Assembly: GCF_018350175.1 (NCBI RefSeq)
Contig: NC_058383.1
Coordinates: forward strand, 18,416,001 to 18,480,000
Direction of reading: 5' to 3'
From: Felis catus
Lineage: Eukaryota
DNA length: 64,000 nucleotides
A program made the translations under genes and the position numbers. The notes under the pieces are model-generated. The model was not told the DNA's origin and ran no database searches. It worked only from the letters and a program-made list of their open reading frames with translations. Positions within the stretch are counted from its first letter, which is position 1. The number at the start of each line of letters is the position of its first letter. Below, piece by piece: positions 61,625 to 64,000 of the stretch.

Positions 61625-63695
61625 TAAAGTTCTCTACTTATTTTGAGAGGGAGCATGAGCAGGGAAGGAGCGGGGTGGGGGTGGGGGTGGGTGGAGAGAA
61701 TCCCAAGCAGGCTCTGCGCTGGCAGCCTGGAGCCTGACGCGGGGCTTGATCCCACGAACTGTGAGATCATGACTTCAGCCGAAATAGGGGTTGGATGGAC
61801 GCTCAAGTAACTGAACCACCCCGGTGCCCCCGCCAGGGCTTTGTTTATAAAGGGATAACTTCTCTGGACTATTATGGGAATTCATGAGATGATGTGTAGC
61901 GGGGGGCACGTGACTGAATACATGGTGGCTAATTTCATTGCTTATTTCAAGTTTATTGATTTTATCTTTTTCATCTCATTTTATTTTTAAATTCCATTAC
62001 GGATGAGAGCAGTAAAGGCTTTGCCCTGTGTCACATAATTATGGACAGATCTAAGGCTAGACCTTGGTTGACTTTCTCACCCCTTCATGCTCCAGGCCAC
62101 ATTCCCGTAGAGGTGGTTCTCGGTTGAGTTTTCTTCCTTCCCTCTGTGTAACTGGGGGCATTCCTCAGACTCAGTCTTCAGTCCTGGTGAGTAGACATAA
62201 TGGTAGCTGGCCTCATCTGGCTTCTGTAAATCCTGGGAATCTGTCTTTGCTTGCAGGATAGCAGGACTGGGGAAAATGAATTCTGCTTGCTTTCTTTTTT
62301 AAATGTATCTTATTTTTTTTAGCGTTTATTTTTGAGAGAGAGAGAGAGAGAGAGGGCGCGAGCAGGGCAGGGATAGAGGGAGAGGGAGACACAGGATCTG
62401 AAACAGGCTCCAGGCTCTGAACCATCAGCACAGAGCCCGACGCGGGGCTCAAACTCACAAACTGTGAGATCGTGACCTGAGCCGAAGTCGGCCGCTTAAC
62501 CGACTGAGCCACGTAGGTGCCCCTGAATTCTGCTTTGTTTTCACACATTGTGGGTGTTCACCCTGCTCTGTTCACCTTGTTTCATTCGTGCATTCTCTTA
62601 TTCAACATCATATAGCAATGGTGGATGAAGTGAATCTTGACCACGGACCCAGTCACTTGGGAGCAAGCCTGGGGATGTGTCCGTTTTAACTTAATTCAGC
62701 AATTTCCTAACAAATGCAAACCATCAGCCCCCTCAGGTGTACTAATTGCTCACATGCCTTCTGTGATTTCCTAATCAGTATTTTAAAATGACAAAAACCA
62801 CATGAATGATGAAAAAAAAATTTTTAAATATTTATTTATTTTTTAGAGAGAGAGCGAGCAGGGGAGGGGTAGAGAGACAGACAGAATCCCAAGCAGGTTC
62901 CATGCTGTCAACACAGAGCCCAGTGCGGGGCTCAAACCCACAAACTGTGAGATCATGACCTGAGCCAAAAATCAAGAGTCGGTCGCTTACTGACCAAGGC
63001 GCCCTGAGTGATGCAGATTTCAGTACTGATATAATAAGGGTAGCGAACTTGTAGAAGTTGCTTGCTATATAGCAGGCACCTTCCATGAGTGTGACCTGTA
63101 TTAACCTACTTGTCACAGTAACCGGGGTGTCGCGGGTGTGGCCGGTGAGGGGACTGAAGCACAGAGGGATTGGACAGCTTGCTGCCCACGGCCGCACGGC
63201 CTCACGGCTGGTAAGTTTCAGGCCAGGATTCAGACCCAGGCAGGAAGACGACGGAGCAGGTGCTCACAGGCACCCAGTGTGACCATCCGTGCCACGTAAG
63301 CCTCACACGTCCACCAAGAGAGAGTGATGCTGCTTCCTGCCTGCCACCGTTGTCACAGGAGTTCTGGGAATCACTTCGTATAGTAAACTGTTGACGTTTT
63401 GGGACAAAGTAATAATAGTGCGCAGTGTATTATGTACGTTTTGTGACATTTGTGCGTATGGATACGTTAATGGTTTTTTTGAAGTGGTAAATGGGGGCAC
63501 ATGGGTGGCTCAGTCAGCTAAGCATCTGGTTTTGGCTCAGGTCATGATCTCACGGCTCATGAGTTCGAGCCCCACATCGAGCTCTGGGCTCACAGCTCGG
63601 AGCCTGGAGAGCCTGCTTCGGATTCTGTGGTTCCCTCTCTCTCTGCCCCTCCCCTCGTTCATGCTCTGTCTCTCTCAAAAACGAATAAACATTGT
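61625..63695. mobile_element. Can-SINEs at 61625-61830 -, 62295-62523 -, 62820-63005 -, 63493-63695 +
   Basis: SINE heads, (CT)n tracts and tails. Confidence 0.85.
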
Positions 63696-64000
63696 AAGAA
63701 GGGGGTTTTAAATGGTTTCTCATTAGGTAACACCACATGCAAAACTTCAAAAAAAAATCAAATAGTACAAAAGGGTATGCAGGGAAAGGGAAGTCTCTCT
63801 TCTACCCCGGACCTTAGTGAGTCCTCCAACCTGGGAAGCAACACTGCCAGATTCCAGAATTATTCTGTGCATGTGGAAATGTAGCTAGAGATTTTTTTTT
63901 CTTAAGGGCAGACAGGAGCATGTTAGCACATCCCTCTGTACTGTACTTTTCCAGAGTCTGTTATCTGAGAATCATTCCACATCCGTGTCTGTGTCTGTAT

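Overview
Mammalian genomic DNA, almost certainly a cat or other felid, judging by the many feline-type Can-SINEs (SINEC_Fc-like) and carnivore L1s. Bases 1-27,000 are gene-free and packed with repeats: nested L1s, SINEs, MaLR LTRs and CR1/L3 plus another ancient LINE relic. A CpG island at about 29.3-30.5 kb heads a complete CORO1A gene on the + strand: one non-coding exon and 10 coding exons giving 461 aa, with a polyA signal at 35425. About 7.8 kb downstream on the same strand are six exons matching LCMT1 exons 2-7 (leucine carboxyl methyltransferase 1). Their frame is open and the splice sites are intact, but no LCMT1 exon 1 or CpG-island promoter is visible. The copy carries radical changes in a conserved motif (ECVLVYM to ERVLVYK), and LCMT1 is not the neighbour I recall for CORO1A in human or mouse. 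The best lead is therefore a 5'-truncated, diverging LCMT1 duplicate next to CORO1A. It could be expressed through a candidate new start exon at 42998 or by in-frame read-through from CORO1A exon 8. Human reference sequences and residue numbers are recalled from memory, and repeat boundaries are approximate.
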